Assembly: GCA_965660445.1 (NCBI GenBank)
Contig: CBFIAK010000001.1
Span: 352,001 to 416,000 of the forward strand
Source: Patescibacteria group bacterium
GTDB taxonomy: Bacteria; Patescibacteriota; Gracilibacteria; UBA4473
Direction: 5' to 3'
DNA length: 64,000 nucleotides
The position numbers were made by a program, and so were the translations under genes. A model generated the notes under the pieces. That model saw nothing but the letters and a program-made list of their open reading frames with translations, did no database searches and had not been told where the DNA came from. This document shows, one piece after another, positions 48,940 through 58,922 of the stretch. Within the stretch, counting starts at the first letter, position 1. Each line of letters starts with the position of its first letter.

Positions 48940-48967
48940 GAATGATTTCTTTTAGAAAGTCTTGTGT

Positions 48968-49333
48968 TTATACACTTACCTTTTTTGATTTTCGAGCAAC
49001 ATCGACGACTTTTTCAAATACTTGTGGATACTGAACGGCTAGTTCAGATAAGTTTTTTCGATCAACATTCATTTGAGCATGAAGCCATTGATTTTTAACT
49101 TCAGAATATCGAAGCCCAATAGCACGAAGTGCAGAAGAAATACGAGTAATCCAAAGTCGTCGGAAATCTCGTTTCTTTTGTTTTCGTCCTACATAGGCAT
49201 GCATTCCGGCTTTCATGAAAGCTTGATGTGCTAATCGAAATGTAGAATGATTTTTACCACGATATCCCTTTGTGGCTTTACGAACTTTTCGATGTCGTTC
49301 TCGTGTAGCTGGACCGCTTGTAACTCGTACCAT
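48968..49333 (-). CDS. rplT: 50S ribosomal protein L20
   Basis: MVRVT..KGYRG..KKRDFRRLWITRI. Confidence 0.97.
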   Translation of the reverse strand: MVRVTSGPATRERHRKVRKATKGYRGKNHSTFRLAHQAFMKAGMHAYVGRKQKKRDFRRLWITRISSALRAIGLRYSEVKNQWLHAQMNVDRKNLSELAVQYPQVFEKVVDVARKSKKVSV

Positions 49334-49533
49334 TATTGTGAAATATTAAGAAGTCGTGAAAGTGTTTTCATGTGTCCTGCTGGAGCAGCAAGCCCGAGAA
49401 CACCTGATTTTTTTTGTCGTTTTGATTTAGAACTCAAAAGATGATTTTTGCATGATTTCTGAAACAAGAGTTTCCCAGAACCTGTGCGTTTGATTCGTTT
49501 TTTGAGACCGGAATGTACTTTTATTTTAGGCAT
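49333..49533 (-). CDS. rpmI: 50S ribosomal protein L35
   Basis: MPKIKVHSGLKKRIKRTGSGK. Confidence 0.96.
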   Translation of the reverse strand: MPKIKVHSGLKKRIKRTGSGKLLFQKSCKNHLLSSKSKRQKKSGVLGLAAPAGHMKTLSRLLNISQ

Positions 49534-49542
49534 ATGAATGAA

Positions 49543-50109
49543 TTACTTTAATGATTTACACGGCTTAACGACAGCAATAATTTGATGAGAGGAAAGCTTT
49601 GGTTCGGACTCAAGTTGACCTTCTCCTGATAAAAGATGAATGAAGGCGTTTGTTTTTTCAAGTGCTAAGTCTTTATGAGCTTTTTCCCGTCCTTTCATGA
49701 GCAGTTGAATCTTTACAGAATGACCTTCTGATAAAAATTCTTGTGCCTTTTCTGCTTGACGATGCATATCCCCGTCTCCCATACGGAAGGTAAGGCGGAT
49801 ACCTTTCATTTCAAGTGGTTTATTGGCAAGTTTCTTTTTTTGCTCTTTCTTTTGGAGAGAATAAAGCATTTTTCCGTAGTCGCATAATCGACATACAGGT
49901 GGCACTGCCTTTGATGATATTTCAATAAGATCAACCCCTTTTTCTTTTGCCATCGAAAGTGCATCTTCAAGAGATACAACCCCCAATGGTTCTTCATTTA
50001 CGTCAAGTAAACGCACTTCTTGCGCACGAATCTCTTCGTTTGTCCGATGCTGTTTTTTAGGCTTCGGATTGAAGTTTTGTTTTTTGTGTCGACCCCTGCG
50101 AAATGAAAT
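49543..50109 (-). CDS. infC: Translation initiation factor IF-3, probable ATT start
   Basis: Frame open upstream of the GTG through RTNEEIRAQEVR to ATT at 50109; PPVCRLCDYGK, KGRE; infC-rpmI-rplT order. Confidence 0.93.
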   Translation of the reverse strand: MSFRRGRHKKQNFNPKPKKQHRTNEEIRAQEVRLLDVNEEPLGVVSLEDALSMAKEKGVDLIEISSKAVPPVCRLCDYGKMLYSLQKKEQKKKLANKPLEMKGIRLTFRMGDGDMHRQAEKAQEFLSEGHSVKIQLLMKGREKAHKDLALEKTNAFIHLLSGEGQLESEPKLSSHQIIAVVKPCKSLK

Positions 50110-50279
50110 ACCTATGAGATAAAAACTTAAAAAGCGTATGAATGGTAATGTAGAGCTTTATTTTGTCAAATTTTTTTAAGGTAAAAAAGACTCTTTCTAA
50201 AGAGATGTCAAAAAAAGAATTGTACAAAATATAAGAAACGGTTATAAAACAAGAGGTTTGTGATTTTTATTTTTTGTGG

Positions 50280-51836
50280 ATGACCTACTACAAAGCAAGA
50301 CAATATCGATATAATAAAAAACGAGTGACTCAGCGGTATAGGAGTCGTCGAGGACGATCACGATGGAATACGTCCCTATTGAGAAGTCAAACACTCAAAC
50401 GATTAGTGGTTTTTGGAGTGGTGTTTTTTGTTGTTATTCGACTTATTGGGGGGTTATTTGCATCTCATAGTTTTGAACAAGTAAGTGCAACACTTACTAT
50501 CGGTGAAGGAAGTACGGAATATTATTTTCCTGAGCAGTCAGAATGGCAACGTGCAGCATCTGGGTTAGAGTTTCGAGAAGGTGACCATATTCGAACCAGA
50601 AGTGTCTCTCAATCATCATTAGAAATTTTTCCCGGAACGGTTCTATTTTTAAATCAAGACACAGAGCTAAAGATACAAACAATGCAAGAATCCTCTTCAG
50701 GAATAAAACAAGTTGCGCTCTCTTTAGAGAAAGGACAAATATGGATCAAAACTTCGTCTGAAGATTTCGGTGTAGAACCTGATTCGTATTTCACTGTTCG
50801 TGTTCCACGTGGAGAAATTTCGATTAAAGGAACCATTGTCGACATTGCTTCATCAGAAGTACGAGATGTTATTCGTTTAGTGCGTGGAAGTGTTGATGTT
50901 GATATCTTCAATCCAGAAACTGATTCTGCTCAGTGGACGAAAAGTGTTGACGTTGGTCAACAAATTACACTTGATGAAACAACCATTGGAAAACTCGAAT
51001 CAGATTTGGATATCAAAGATATTATAGATTCTAGTTTTGTAGAATCAGAATGGCATATATCAAACCTTCAGAGATTTTCTCCAGAAGAGGCAGCAGAGTT
51101 GCGACGACAAGTTGAATCAAGAGTTTCTGCTCGAACAGCACCATCAACCCCTCCAACAGAAGAGCCAGTAGAAGATAAAAATACGTCTTTTCCGTCTCCT
51201 TCAGTTACATCTCATCAGGATGGGGGTGTTATTCCAGCTTCCCAAACAAGTATAACACTTGAAGGAACCGCTCCTGAAAACACTCGGCAAATTATTGTGA
51301 ATGGGTATACACTGAACCGATTTAATGCGGGGGATCGGATATGGCGATATATTGCGAGTACTGAATTCGGAACGCTTCTTTCTGGAAATAATGTTTATGA
51401 GGTTGTCGCTGTTTCTCGAGCAGGTGTTCGATCACAACCGTTTTCTATTACGCTTCAATACGAGGGAAGTCCTGTGGAATCGAGTAGTAATACAGGGATG
51501 GAAACATCTGTAATCAGATCTGATATTCAAGAATATAAATCTCCTGTTGTTACCGATCCTGTTGCGATTCCTGATGGAGGTGTCTATGAGACATCATCAC
51601 CATCGTTTACTATTTCTGGATTGGTAGACCCGAAAACAAATGGAATTATGGTGAATGATTATCGATTGCGTCAGTTTCTACCAGGGAATACAAATTTTCG
51701 ATATACTGTAAACGCAAAGGCGTCATCGCCAAACATGGTCCCCGGAGAGAACACTTATTCAATTACTTCTTTTGGTCCTGATGGAAAAGAAGCAAACACC
51801 CTTATTAAAGTGATTTATACACCTATTGATTTATAG
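50280..51836 (+). CDS. FecR-domain membrane protein with two Ig-like domains
   Basis: TM, GDHIRT, LEKGQIW, ISIKGT, LVRGSVDV; repeated ITLEG..IIVNGY..G.N.Y modules. Confidence 0.8.
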   Translation: MTYYKARQYRYNKKRVTQRYRSRRGRSRWNTSLLRSQTLKRLVVFGVVFFVVIRLIGGLFASHSFEQVSATLTIGEGSTEYYFPEQSEWQRAASGLEFREGDHIRTRSVSQSSLEIFPGTVLFLNQDTELKIQTMQESSSGIKQVALSLEKGQIWIKTSSEDFGVEPDSYFTVRVPRGEISIKGTIVDIASSEVRDVIRLVRGSVDVDIFNPETDSAQWTKSVDVGQQITLDETTIGKLESDLDIKDIIDSSFVESEWHISNLQRFSPEEAAELRRQVESRVSARTAPSTPPTEEPVEDKNTSFPSPSVTSHQDGGVIPASQTSITLEGTAPENTRQIIVNGYTLNRFNAGDRIWRYIASTEFGTLLSGNNVYEVVAVSRAGVRSQPFSITLQYEGSPVESSSNTGMETSVIRSDIQEYKSPVVTDPVAIPDGGVYETSSPSFTISGLVDPKTNGIMVNDYRLRQFLPGNTNFRYTVNAKASSPNMVPGENTYSITSFGPDGKEANTLIKVIYTPIDL

Positions 51837-52833
51837 GAATTGATTGGCACGTATACAGAATGAATTTTTCAATAGCAAACTCAAGTGATGAATTATTCCC
51901 TTGTGATGTTTGTATTTTTCCTGTCTTTATTTGACTGTCGAGTATAAAAAGTTGGTCGTAAAGAAATAAAAGAAACGGGAGTGAAAACTTCTTACTGCTT
52001 GGCATTGTCTTTTGTACTACGAATGGGTGAAGCCCCGCTTCTTGAGCTATTTCTTTTGATGATAAGTTTTGCATGAGTCCATCTTTGATTTGGGTATGAA
52101 TTCGAATTTCTCGAATAATCATGGGCAGTATTTCGTGAGGAGATACTTTGCTTTCGAGGAGTGATTGAAAATGGTGGAGTGCTTTTGCTTGGTTTTGGTC
52201 ACTTAAGGCACTTAAAAAATCCCATATAACAGCATTTGGATGAGTAAAACACAACTCATCAATATGATGAGTTGAAATCGGTTTTTTGTCTGTATAAAGA
52301 CAGAGTTTTTTAATTTCTTGAGAAACATGCCACAAATTCGTGCCACATTTCTCAATTAAATAAGAGCTGGTTTTATAATCGAGAACTCCTTCTTGTGTTT
52401 CAGCATATTTCTGAGCCCATGTTATGGTTTGTGACTCATCGAGTGGATCAAATGTTTTTATTTTTCCGAGAGGAGTTCTCCCTTTTGAGCCTAAGAAAAA
52501 CTGAGTACTCTTGAGGCGTTTATCAAACTTGGGTTCTTGAATAAAAAGGGTGCAGGTTTCGCTCATCTGTTGTAGATGTGTGAAAAAATCTGTTTTCTGT
52601 GCTGTTTCAAAAATTTCAGGAGTCCAAAAATTTTCCGTGCAAATAAGACGTTTTTCTCCAAAAAGATTCGGTGTGTACACACTATTTCTTAAATCAAGGA
52701 ATGTGTTTTCATTATTGAGTGTTTGAATATCTCCTTGAGGATATTTTTGCAGAAACAATGATTTATAGGTTCGTATTTCTTCTTGCATACGAAAATCATC
52801 TTCTCCGGTAAAGATTACCACATTATTCATCAT
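51823..52833 (-). CDS. holA: DNA polymerase III delta subunit
   Basis: IFTGEDDF, LFGEKRL, DKRLK, QEIKKL, HPFVVQK, DSQIKTG. Confidence 0.92.
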   Translation of the reverse strand: MMNNVVIFTGEDDFRMQEEIRTYKSLFLQKYPQGDIQTLNNENTFLDLRNSVYTPNLFGEKRLICTENFWTPEIFETAQKTDFFTHLQQMSETCTLFIQEPKFDKRLKSTQFFLGSKGRTPLGKIKTFDPLDESQTITWAQKYAETQEGVLDYKTSSYLIEKCGTNLWHVSQEIKKLCLYTDKKPISTHHIDELCFTHPNAVIWDFLSALSDQNQAKALHHFQSLLESKVSPHEILPMIIREIRIHTQIKDGLMQNLSSKEIAQEAGLHPFVVQKTMPSSKKFSLPFLLFLYDQLFILDSQIKTGKIQTSQGNNSSLEFAIEKFILYTCQSIPINQ

Positions 52834-53288
52834 TGCGAATGAGATAAGACTTCAAGTGTGCGCATACTCACCCCTATTCCATGTTTTAAGAGAATGACAA
52901 AATGAGTCCCTGAAAATAATTGTTTCATCTCAGGGGTTATTTTTTCTGGCCATTCAACAAACTTTATACCATCTTGTTCTGCGATATCTTGAAATCCTCT
53001 TTCCATAAATTCTTGGGGGGATTTGAGTCGGTATAAATCAAAATGTGAAAAATGTTGTGTTGGGGTATTGTATTCTTGAATAAGTGTATAAGTGGGCGAT
53101 GTGACGGGATCAGTAACTCCTGCTTCTTTGAGCATGCACTGCACGAAAAATGTTTTTCCAGCGCCAAGTCCTCCTTCTAAAAAAAGAGTTGCTTGTGTTT
53201 CTTTGCTTAAGAAGTCACGATAAAATTTTTGGGCTTGTTTCTCTGTGTCCTGAAGATTGCTGATATTTTTCTTAAAAATTGATTTCAT
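52830..53288 (-). CDS. tsaE: t6A biosynthesis ATPase TsaE
   Basis: GGLGAGKT, VTSPTYTL, HFDLYRL, VEWP. Confidence 0.95.
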   Translation of the reverse strand: MKSIFKKNISNLQDTEKQAQKFYRDFLSKETQATLFLEGGLGAGKTFFVQCMLKEAGVTDPVTSPTYTLIQEYNTPTQHFSHFDLYRLKSPQEFMERGFQDIAEQDGIKFVEWPEKITPEMKQLFSGTHFVILLKHGIGVSMRTLEVLSHSQ

Positions 53289-53340
53289 TTTTTTCGAGAT
53301 TTGAATAGTATACAAAGCGTACCCATTATACAAAGAAGAA

Positions 53341-53889
53341 ATGAAAGTTCAATTTTATGGCGATGATTGTTTTTCTGTGAAGACGAAAGCGAATATGTGT
53401 GTGTTTTATCCAACAGACGCATGGAAAACAAAAGTTGATATTGCTTTTTTCCCACGGAACGAAAAAAAAATAAAGGTTGAATACGCAAAAAAAACAATTG
53501 ATTTGCCCGGAGAGTTTGAAACATCTGGAGTGTTGGTACGAGGTTTTTTAGCTGATGATAGAGCGAATGTGATTTATAAAGTGGTTATGGATGATATCTC
53601 AAGTGTGTATTTTGGAAACCTTCAAACCATGCCATCGAAAGAGATAATGAAAAAAATAGGAGAAAATATTGATATTGTGTTTATCAATCTTAATAGCGAG
53701 TTTCATGGAAAAAAAGTGAGAGAGTTTCTTGAAACGCTTGATCCTCGATTTGCTTTTTTAGGAGGTGATACGCAATATTTTCCCAAGATGGTAGAGTTGG
53801 GCGCTAAAAATGAATCAGAATTACCAGCCCTTACAAAATCAATGATGCAAGAAGAAAAGTTGGATATAGTTATTCTTCCAACAGTTTAA
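53341..53889 (+). CDS. MBL-fold hydrolase-like protein (metal motif degenerate)
   Basis: YGDDCF, PGEFETSGV, YFGNL, IDIVFI, LDPR pattern; HxHxDH absent. Confidence 0.65.
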   Translation: MKVQFYGDDCFSVKTKANMCVFYPTDAWKTKVDIAFFPRNEKKIKVEYAKKTIDLPGEFETSGVLVRGFLADDRANVIYKVVMDDISSVYFGNLQTMPSKEIMKKIGENIDIVFINLNSEFHGKKVREFLETLDPRFAFLGGDTQYFPKMVELGAKNESELPALTKSMMQEEKLDIVILPTV

Positions 53890-53890
53890 A

Positions 53891-55915
53891 TTATTCTTGT
53901 GCAAGGAGCGTTTCGGTTTGAAAAGAATCAATTTTCGGAAGCACAACTATGAGTACATCATTACTTGCTTCTCCTACAAGATCACGGGTAACATATGATA
54001 CTGAGTCTTGAAGGATATGAATACATCCAAGGCTAGTTCCTTGTGTTTTAGAAAGAATTCGGTTTTCTTGTGTTTGGTAATATTTTTTAAGTGGGGAATG
54101 AACCATGATTCCATTTCCAGCAGAGACTTTTAGTTCTTGAGCTTGTTTTTGGTGTGCAGGGAGTGGATAATTGAGATGGAGTGACGATTTTACTTTTTCT
54201 CCATAAGACTGCCGAGCATTAAAAATACCTAAAGGGGTAGTTCTATCACCTTCTTTGACTTTATCAAAAAAGACGCTTCCCCATTGCCCTTGCCCGCTGA
54301 TTATTTTTTTATCGAGTTTTCCGTTTTTAAAAACATAGGTTTGGTAGTTTTCTTTATCAACAATAAGAACATTCCCAGATTTACTTTTTTGAGTGAGTTG
54401 TTGAATATGTGTCTGTGTGACAGAGACTTTTCCTTCTGGAGTGGTAAAATTTATATTTTGATACACCTTTGGGTATATACCTTCAAAATTATAAAAATCT
54501 GATTCTTGTTGTATTCGCAGTATTTTTTCTGCAGGACTCATTGCCTGAATAAATGGAGTGAGTTTTGTGTCTCTGTGTGAAACAGGGTTTTCTTTTGCTT
54601 TATCAATGAAGTATTGATTGAGTTGAAGTATGTCTTTTTGGTCAAGATTTTCTTTTTTTGAGAGTGTGTGAAGAACTTTTCTTTTCTTTGATTTTTCTTT
54701 CTGAATAAATGTACGAATAGATTCAGAAGTCCAGTCAATTTTTTCTTCTGGATTTTCTGCTGAAATAAGAGAGATATAGTCTTTATCAATATTGAATAAA
54801 TAGTCATTATCCATAAAGAATGAAATATCTTGAATAGAAAAATTATGTTTTAATATGTTTGTATAAAGAGATTTTCCTTGTTCTGCACGATGGAAACATT
54901 GTTCGATATTATGAAGTGTCTGTAAATCTTGAATTTTGTTTCCGAGTGAGGTGATGGAACTTTTAAAATTTTGAATGTAGAGAGGAGAGAGGTTTGTGTT
55001 TTTAAGTGTATCGTATTTTTGAATGAGTTTTTGTATTCCTTGTTGGAACTCTTTTTCTGTTATTTCTGGGTCAATATCGGTTATCTTGTCTTCTTCGTTT
55101 TCGGATTCTAATGTTCCGTCCATATCTTCTTCTATTCCGTTTAAGTTTAAGAATTCAATTATTTTTGCAAGAATCGATAAAAACGTATTACTTGATTCGT
55201 TTACTTCGTTTGATTCAATCATCTTTGATGGAAAGAGTGCGTTTTGAGTGTTGAGGTTTTCTCGAATACTTTTTTCTTCTTCTGGAGAAAGCGGACGACC
55301 TTTTTCAAGACTTCTTTTATCAATACTATGAGCGAGTGCAATGTCATACAGGAAAGATTTTTGTTTTGCAATACTGTGTTTTGTATCAGGGGCGAGAGAA
55401 TAGTGAATAAGGTTGGTGAGTTCAGATCCGATCATTTTTTGGGTTTCAGATTCTATGTTTTTTATTTCCGATTGTATACGAGGAGAGTCTTTGTATTTCT
55501 CGAGTATTTTTGATTCTTTTTCCTGAAGAATATTATCATTTTCTTTTGGGTCTAATGTGTTTATTTCTTCAAAAAAGGAATAATATCGAAACTCTTCTTG
55601 CACTCTCTCTGGACTCCATGTGTTGAGTTGTTGTGCAAAATATGTTTTATCTTCAGGTACTGTAAAATTTTGTTTTTGAAGAATGTATTCTTTTTGTTGT
55701 TTCAGTACAGCCTCATTGAGATGTGTTAATTTTTCTCGTGTTTGGGTTGTGTTTTCTTGAATTTCTTGTGTGAGAGTTTGTAGACATTCTCCGATAGCGT
55801 GCAAATCGTTTCCTGTATAGTCTTTGAGTGCTTTTGCAAGGTCTTTTTGGGAAAGATTGAGAAGGTTTTGAGCTATTGCTTGAGGATCAAACGATGATTG
55901 AGATTCAAATGACAT
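53891..55915 (-). CDS. Helical protein with C-terminal L,D-transpeptidase (YkuD) domain
   Basis: LIVDK, KEGDRTTPLG, LNYP, GNGIMVH...SLGCI. Confidence 0.85.
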   Translation of the reverse strand: MSFESQSSFDPQAIAQNLLNLSQKDLAKALKDYTGNDLHAIGECLQTLTQEIQENTTQTREKLTHLNEAVLKQQKEYILQKQNFTVPEDKTYFAQQLNTWSPERVQEEFRYYSFFEEINTLDPKENDNILQEKESKILEKYKDSPRIQSEIKNIESETQKMIGSELTNLIHYSLAPDTKHSIAKQKSFLYDIALAHSIDKRSLEKGRPLSPEEEKSIRENLNTQNALFPSKMIESNEVNESSNTFLSILAKIIEFLNLNGIEEDMDGTLESENEEDKITDIDPEITEKEFQQGIQKLIQKYDTLKNTNLSPLYIQNFKSSITSLGNKIQDLQTLHNIEQCFHRAEQGKSLYTNILKHNFSIQDISFFMDNDYLFNIDKDYISLISAENPEEKIDWTSESIRTFIQKEKSKKRKVLHTLSKKENLDQKDILQLNQYFIDKAKENPVSHRDTKLTPFIQAMSPAEKILRIQQESDFYNFEGIYPKVYQNINFTTPEGKVSVTQTHIQQLTQKSKSGNVLIVDKENYQTYVFKNGKLDKKIISGQGQWGSVFFDKVKEGDRTTPLGIFNARQSYGEKVKSSLHLNYPLPAHQKQAQELKVSAGNGIMVHSPLKKYYQTQENRILSKTQGTSLGCIHILQDSVSYVTRDLVGEASNDVLIVVLPKIDSFQTETLLAQE

Positions 55916-55921
55916 GTTTTT

Positions 55922-57760
55922 TTATTGAGTAAGTGTTTTTTGTACGTTTTCTTTAATGCGGATAATTCTATCAATACTGCTATCAGAGCTTCCAAACTGA
56001 TTAAATGGCACTTCGTATACTCCTTCACGAGATCCAGAAGAATCCATGACGGTCAGGGGAAGTCCTTTGTCATCAACACCAGTAACTATCCCGATATGAC
56101 GAACGCTTTTGTTTTTATTGATAGTGATAATATCGCCCACTTCAAATATGTATTCTTTTTTGTGTACGTTTTGGCGAGTTGTTGATACGAGTTTCTGTGT
56201 ATAAAAGATATCGGTTTCTTTTTCAGCCCATAGTTCCAACGCCCATGTTCGGTCTTGGTTATTCGGGTCTTCTTTTGTTCCCGTGATAGTGAGGAGTCCA
56301 GATGTATCTATTCCAAGTGTTTTGAGTGTTTCTGTGACAAAACGAGCACAGACCATTGGCATTTTATCACTTTGTACGTTTCGTTTTAGTTTTTTATTGT
56401 ATGTAGTGTAGTATCCTTCATTGTTTGTGCGGAGTGAGTCTGCGTTGGCAAGGGCTGGTCCATTCTTTGTGTATATACGGGCATATGGATGACCTTTGTA
56501 GTTCGATGCAGAATCAAGTATTGCTTTTTTAAACTCGGCTTCATAGGAAAGCGATTCGGGTTCAAGCGTTTGTATAATACTTTCAGAAGTTAAATCGATA
56601 ACAGTTTTTTGGTGAAGATATATTTTTTCGTTTGGCGTAATGGTGAGCGATTCTCGGTTTATATTGAGGAGGGTAAGTGCTTTGAGAGAAAGATTTTTTT
56701 CAATAGCTTTTTGTGCTAAAATGTCTCCGGCAAGAGCTTTTACAAAAAAACTTTCAATATTATTGATTGTGTTTTCAGATTCTGTGTTTGCCGGTAGATT
56801 CTTGATGCTTTTTTCAAAGTCATTCAATCGGATAGTAATATCAGGATGTCTTTGTATTTGAGTGTATATTTTTAGTATGTGTTCTTTTTTGGCATCGATT
56901 TCCTTTTTTTCAATCGGTTTTACAACGTCTGGGATTGGTTTTTGTAATTCTTGTATAGCGTTCGTTTTTGTTTCTCGTGAGTCAGTTTCTGGTTTTTCAT
57001 TGAGGTTTAGATACCCAATAACTTGTTCTAAAATACCAAGAAACATGTTTTGTCTATTGGTGTTGATTGATGCTGGTGCTTTTGGGTCTGTTTCGCTGAC
57101 TAATCGGTAGAGCGGAATTCTTGATAAATCTTTTTGATTCTCGTTTGTTTTATCTTTGTTTGATTCTTTATATTTTTGCTCGATAACTGTTTTTATCGTA
57201 TATAAGCTTGGCAAGTCTCCGCTCTGATTTGGGGTAAGTCGTTTATATTGGTTTTGAAGTCTGTTGATAGATTCCTCAATAAGTGGGTTTGGTGTTTGTG
57301 TATGACCAATGGTGTCAAGAAGTGTTTTTTCTTTCTTTTTTATTTCAGCGTCATTGGGAATTGGTTGTGTTTCCGCATGAATTTCTTCAAGTTTTTCAAA
57401 AAACTTATAAAACCCAAACTCCGTACTTATACTCTCAGGGCTTCGTTTTCTGAGGTTTTCTTTGATATGGTTTTGTGTTTTTTCATCAAAATGAGAACAC
57501 CGAGAGAGAAGATATTCTCTTTGAGTGTTGGTAATAATTTCTTTCAGATTATTCAGGTTTTCTTTTGTTTGCGTGAGTGTTTCTTTTTTTTCAAGTGATA
57601 GAGTTTGAAGATGAGACTGGAGAATTATAATTTCTTTTGGAGAATAAGACTGTAGAGCAATCTTTTGTTCTTCTGGTGTCATAAATATGAGTTGACTACA
57701 GACTGATTCTTTATTGAAAGAATCAGCTTGTGTTTCAGGGGACTTATTTTCAGATTGCAT
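55922..57760 (-). CDS. Helical protein with C-terminal NlpC/P60- or CHAP-like cysteine hydrolase domain
   Basis: ASNYKGHPY, VCARFV, VGDII, HIGIV. Confidence 0.78.
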   Translation of the reverse strand: MQSENKSPETQADSFNKESVCSQLIFMTPEEQKIALQSYSPKEIIILQSHLQTLSLEKKETLTQTKENLNNLKEIITNTQREYLLSRCSHFDEKTQNHIKENLRKRSPESISTEFGFYKFFEKLEEIHAETQPIPNDAEIKKKEKTLLDTIGHTQTPNPLIEESINRLQNQYKRLTPNQSGDLPSLYTIKTVIEQKYKESNKDKTNENQKDLSRIPLYRLVSETDPKAPASINTNRQNMFLGILEQVIGYLNLNEKPETDSRETKTNAIQELQKPIPDVVKPIEKKEIDAKKEHILKIYTQIQRHPDITIRLNDFEKSIKNLPANTESENTINNIESFFVKALAGDILAQKAIEKNLSLKALTLLNINRESLTITPNEKIYLHQKTVIDLTSESIIQTLEPESLSYEAEFKKAILDSASNYKGHPYARIYTKNGPALANADSLRTNNEGYYTTYNKKLKRNVQSDKMPMVCARFVTETLKTLGIDTSGLLTITGTKEDPNNQDRTWALELWAEKETDIFYTQKLVSTTRQNVHKKEYIFEVGDIITINKNKSVRHIGIVTGVDDKGLPLTVMDSSGSREGVYEVPFNQFGSSDSSIDRIIRIKENVQKTLTQ

Positions 57761-57927
57761 TTATAAGAGAGTGGCAAGAATCTTATTATAATATCACAAA
57801 CTCATATTTTTATCAATATTTTTTTACGAAAAAGAGATAAAAAACAATTGTAATCTGCTGAGTTTAGACTACTATTTTTTTAGTTTTTATCTTTTTAATT
57901 CTTTTTACTTTTTAATTTTTATTACAG

Positions 57928-58359
57928 ATGAACTCATTGAACCGAGCAGAAATAATTGGGAACCTTACACGAGATCCGGAACTAAAAACAACACAAAACG
58001 GGAAAAGTGTATCAACGGTGGGGGTAGCAACGAATAGGACATGGAAGGACTCTTCAGGACAAAAACACGAAGAAGCTGAGTTTCATAACGTGGTTTGTTG
58101 GGGAAAACTCGCAGAAATTGTAAGCGAATATTTAAATAAAGGCATGAAGGCTTATTTTGCTGGTCGGCTTTCTACTCGTATGTGGGAAGATGAAGCAGGT
58201 ATGAAACATTACAGAACAGAAATTATTGCTGACGATATGATTATTTTATCTCCTAAGCATGGTGGTGGAGGTGAGAGTTATAGTTCACGAGACGAGGATG
58301 ATAATGACTCTTCTTTTTCGGGTTCTGATGAGATTTCAGCTGAAGATTTGCCATTTTAG
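57928..58359 (+). CDS. ssb: Single-stranded DNA-binding protein
   Basis: IIGNLTRDPE, VATN, HNVVCWGKLAE, C-terminal EDLPF. Confidence 0.97.
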   Translation: MNSLNRAEIIGNLTRDPELKTTQNGKSVSTVGVATNRTWKDSSGQKHEEAEFHNVVCWGKLAEIVSEYLNKGMKAYFAGRLSTRMWEDEAGMKHYRTEIIADDMIILSPKHGGGGESYSSRDEDDNDSSFSGSDEISAEDLPF

Positions 58360-58393
58360 TTTTGGTTCCGTTTTTTTTTAAACACTTTTTATT

Positions 58394-58879
58394 ATGACAA
58401 CTGTTGAACGAACACTCGTACTCATTAAACCTGATGCCATTCAGCGAGGATTGTGTGGTCGTATTTTACAGCGGTTTGAAGACGCGGGTTTAAAATTTGT
58501 AGCTATGAAAATGATATGGGCAGATCCGGCTTTATCAAAAAAACATTACAGTGAACACGTCCAAAAGCATTTTTATCCGGGACTTGAAACGATGATTACG
58601 GAAGGGCCTGTTTTATCACTCGTGATCGAGGGTATTCATGCGGTGGAAATTGTACGAAAGATTGTTGGAGCAACGGAACCAAAGTCATCTGTTCCGGGAA
58701 CTATTCGTGGTGACTTTGCTCATCATTCGTATCAACATACTGATCAAAGTGGACGAGCTATTAAGAATCTTATTCATGCTTCGTCCGATGTAAAAGAAGC
58801 CCAGAAAGAAGTTTCTCTTTGGTTTACTGATAAAGAGATTCATTCGTATAAAACCGTACATGAAATGCACGTGTTTTAA
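58394..58879 (+). CDS. ndk: Nucleoside diphosphate kinase
   Basis: ERTLVLIKPDA, PGTIRGDF, NLIHAS. Confidence 0.97.
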   Translation: MTTVERTLVLIKPDAIQRGLCGRILQRFEDAGLKFVAMKMIWADPALSKKHYSEHVQKHFYPGLETMITEGPVLSLVIEGIHAVEIVRKIVGATEPKSSVPGTIRGDFAHHSYQHTDQSGRAIKNLIHASSDVKEAQKEVSLWFTDKEIHSYKTVHEMHVF

Positions 58880-58922
58880 TATGAAGATTCTTTGGTGTTT
58901 TTGACACTTCTCTTTGCTGTTT

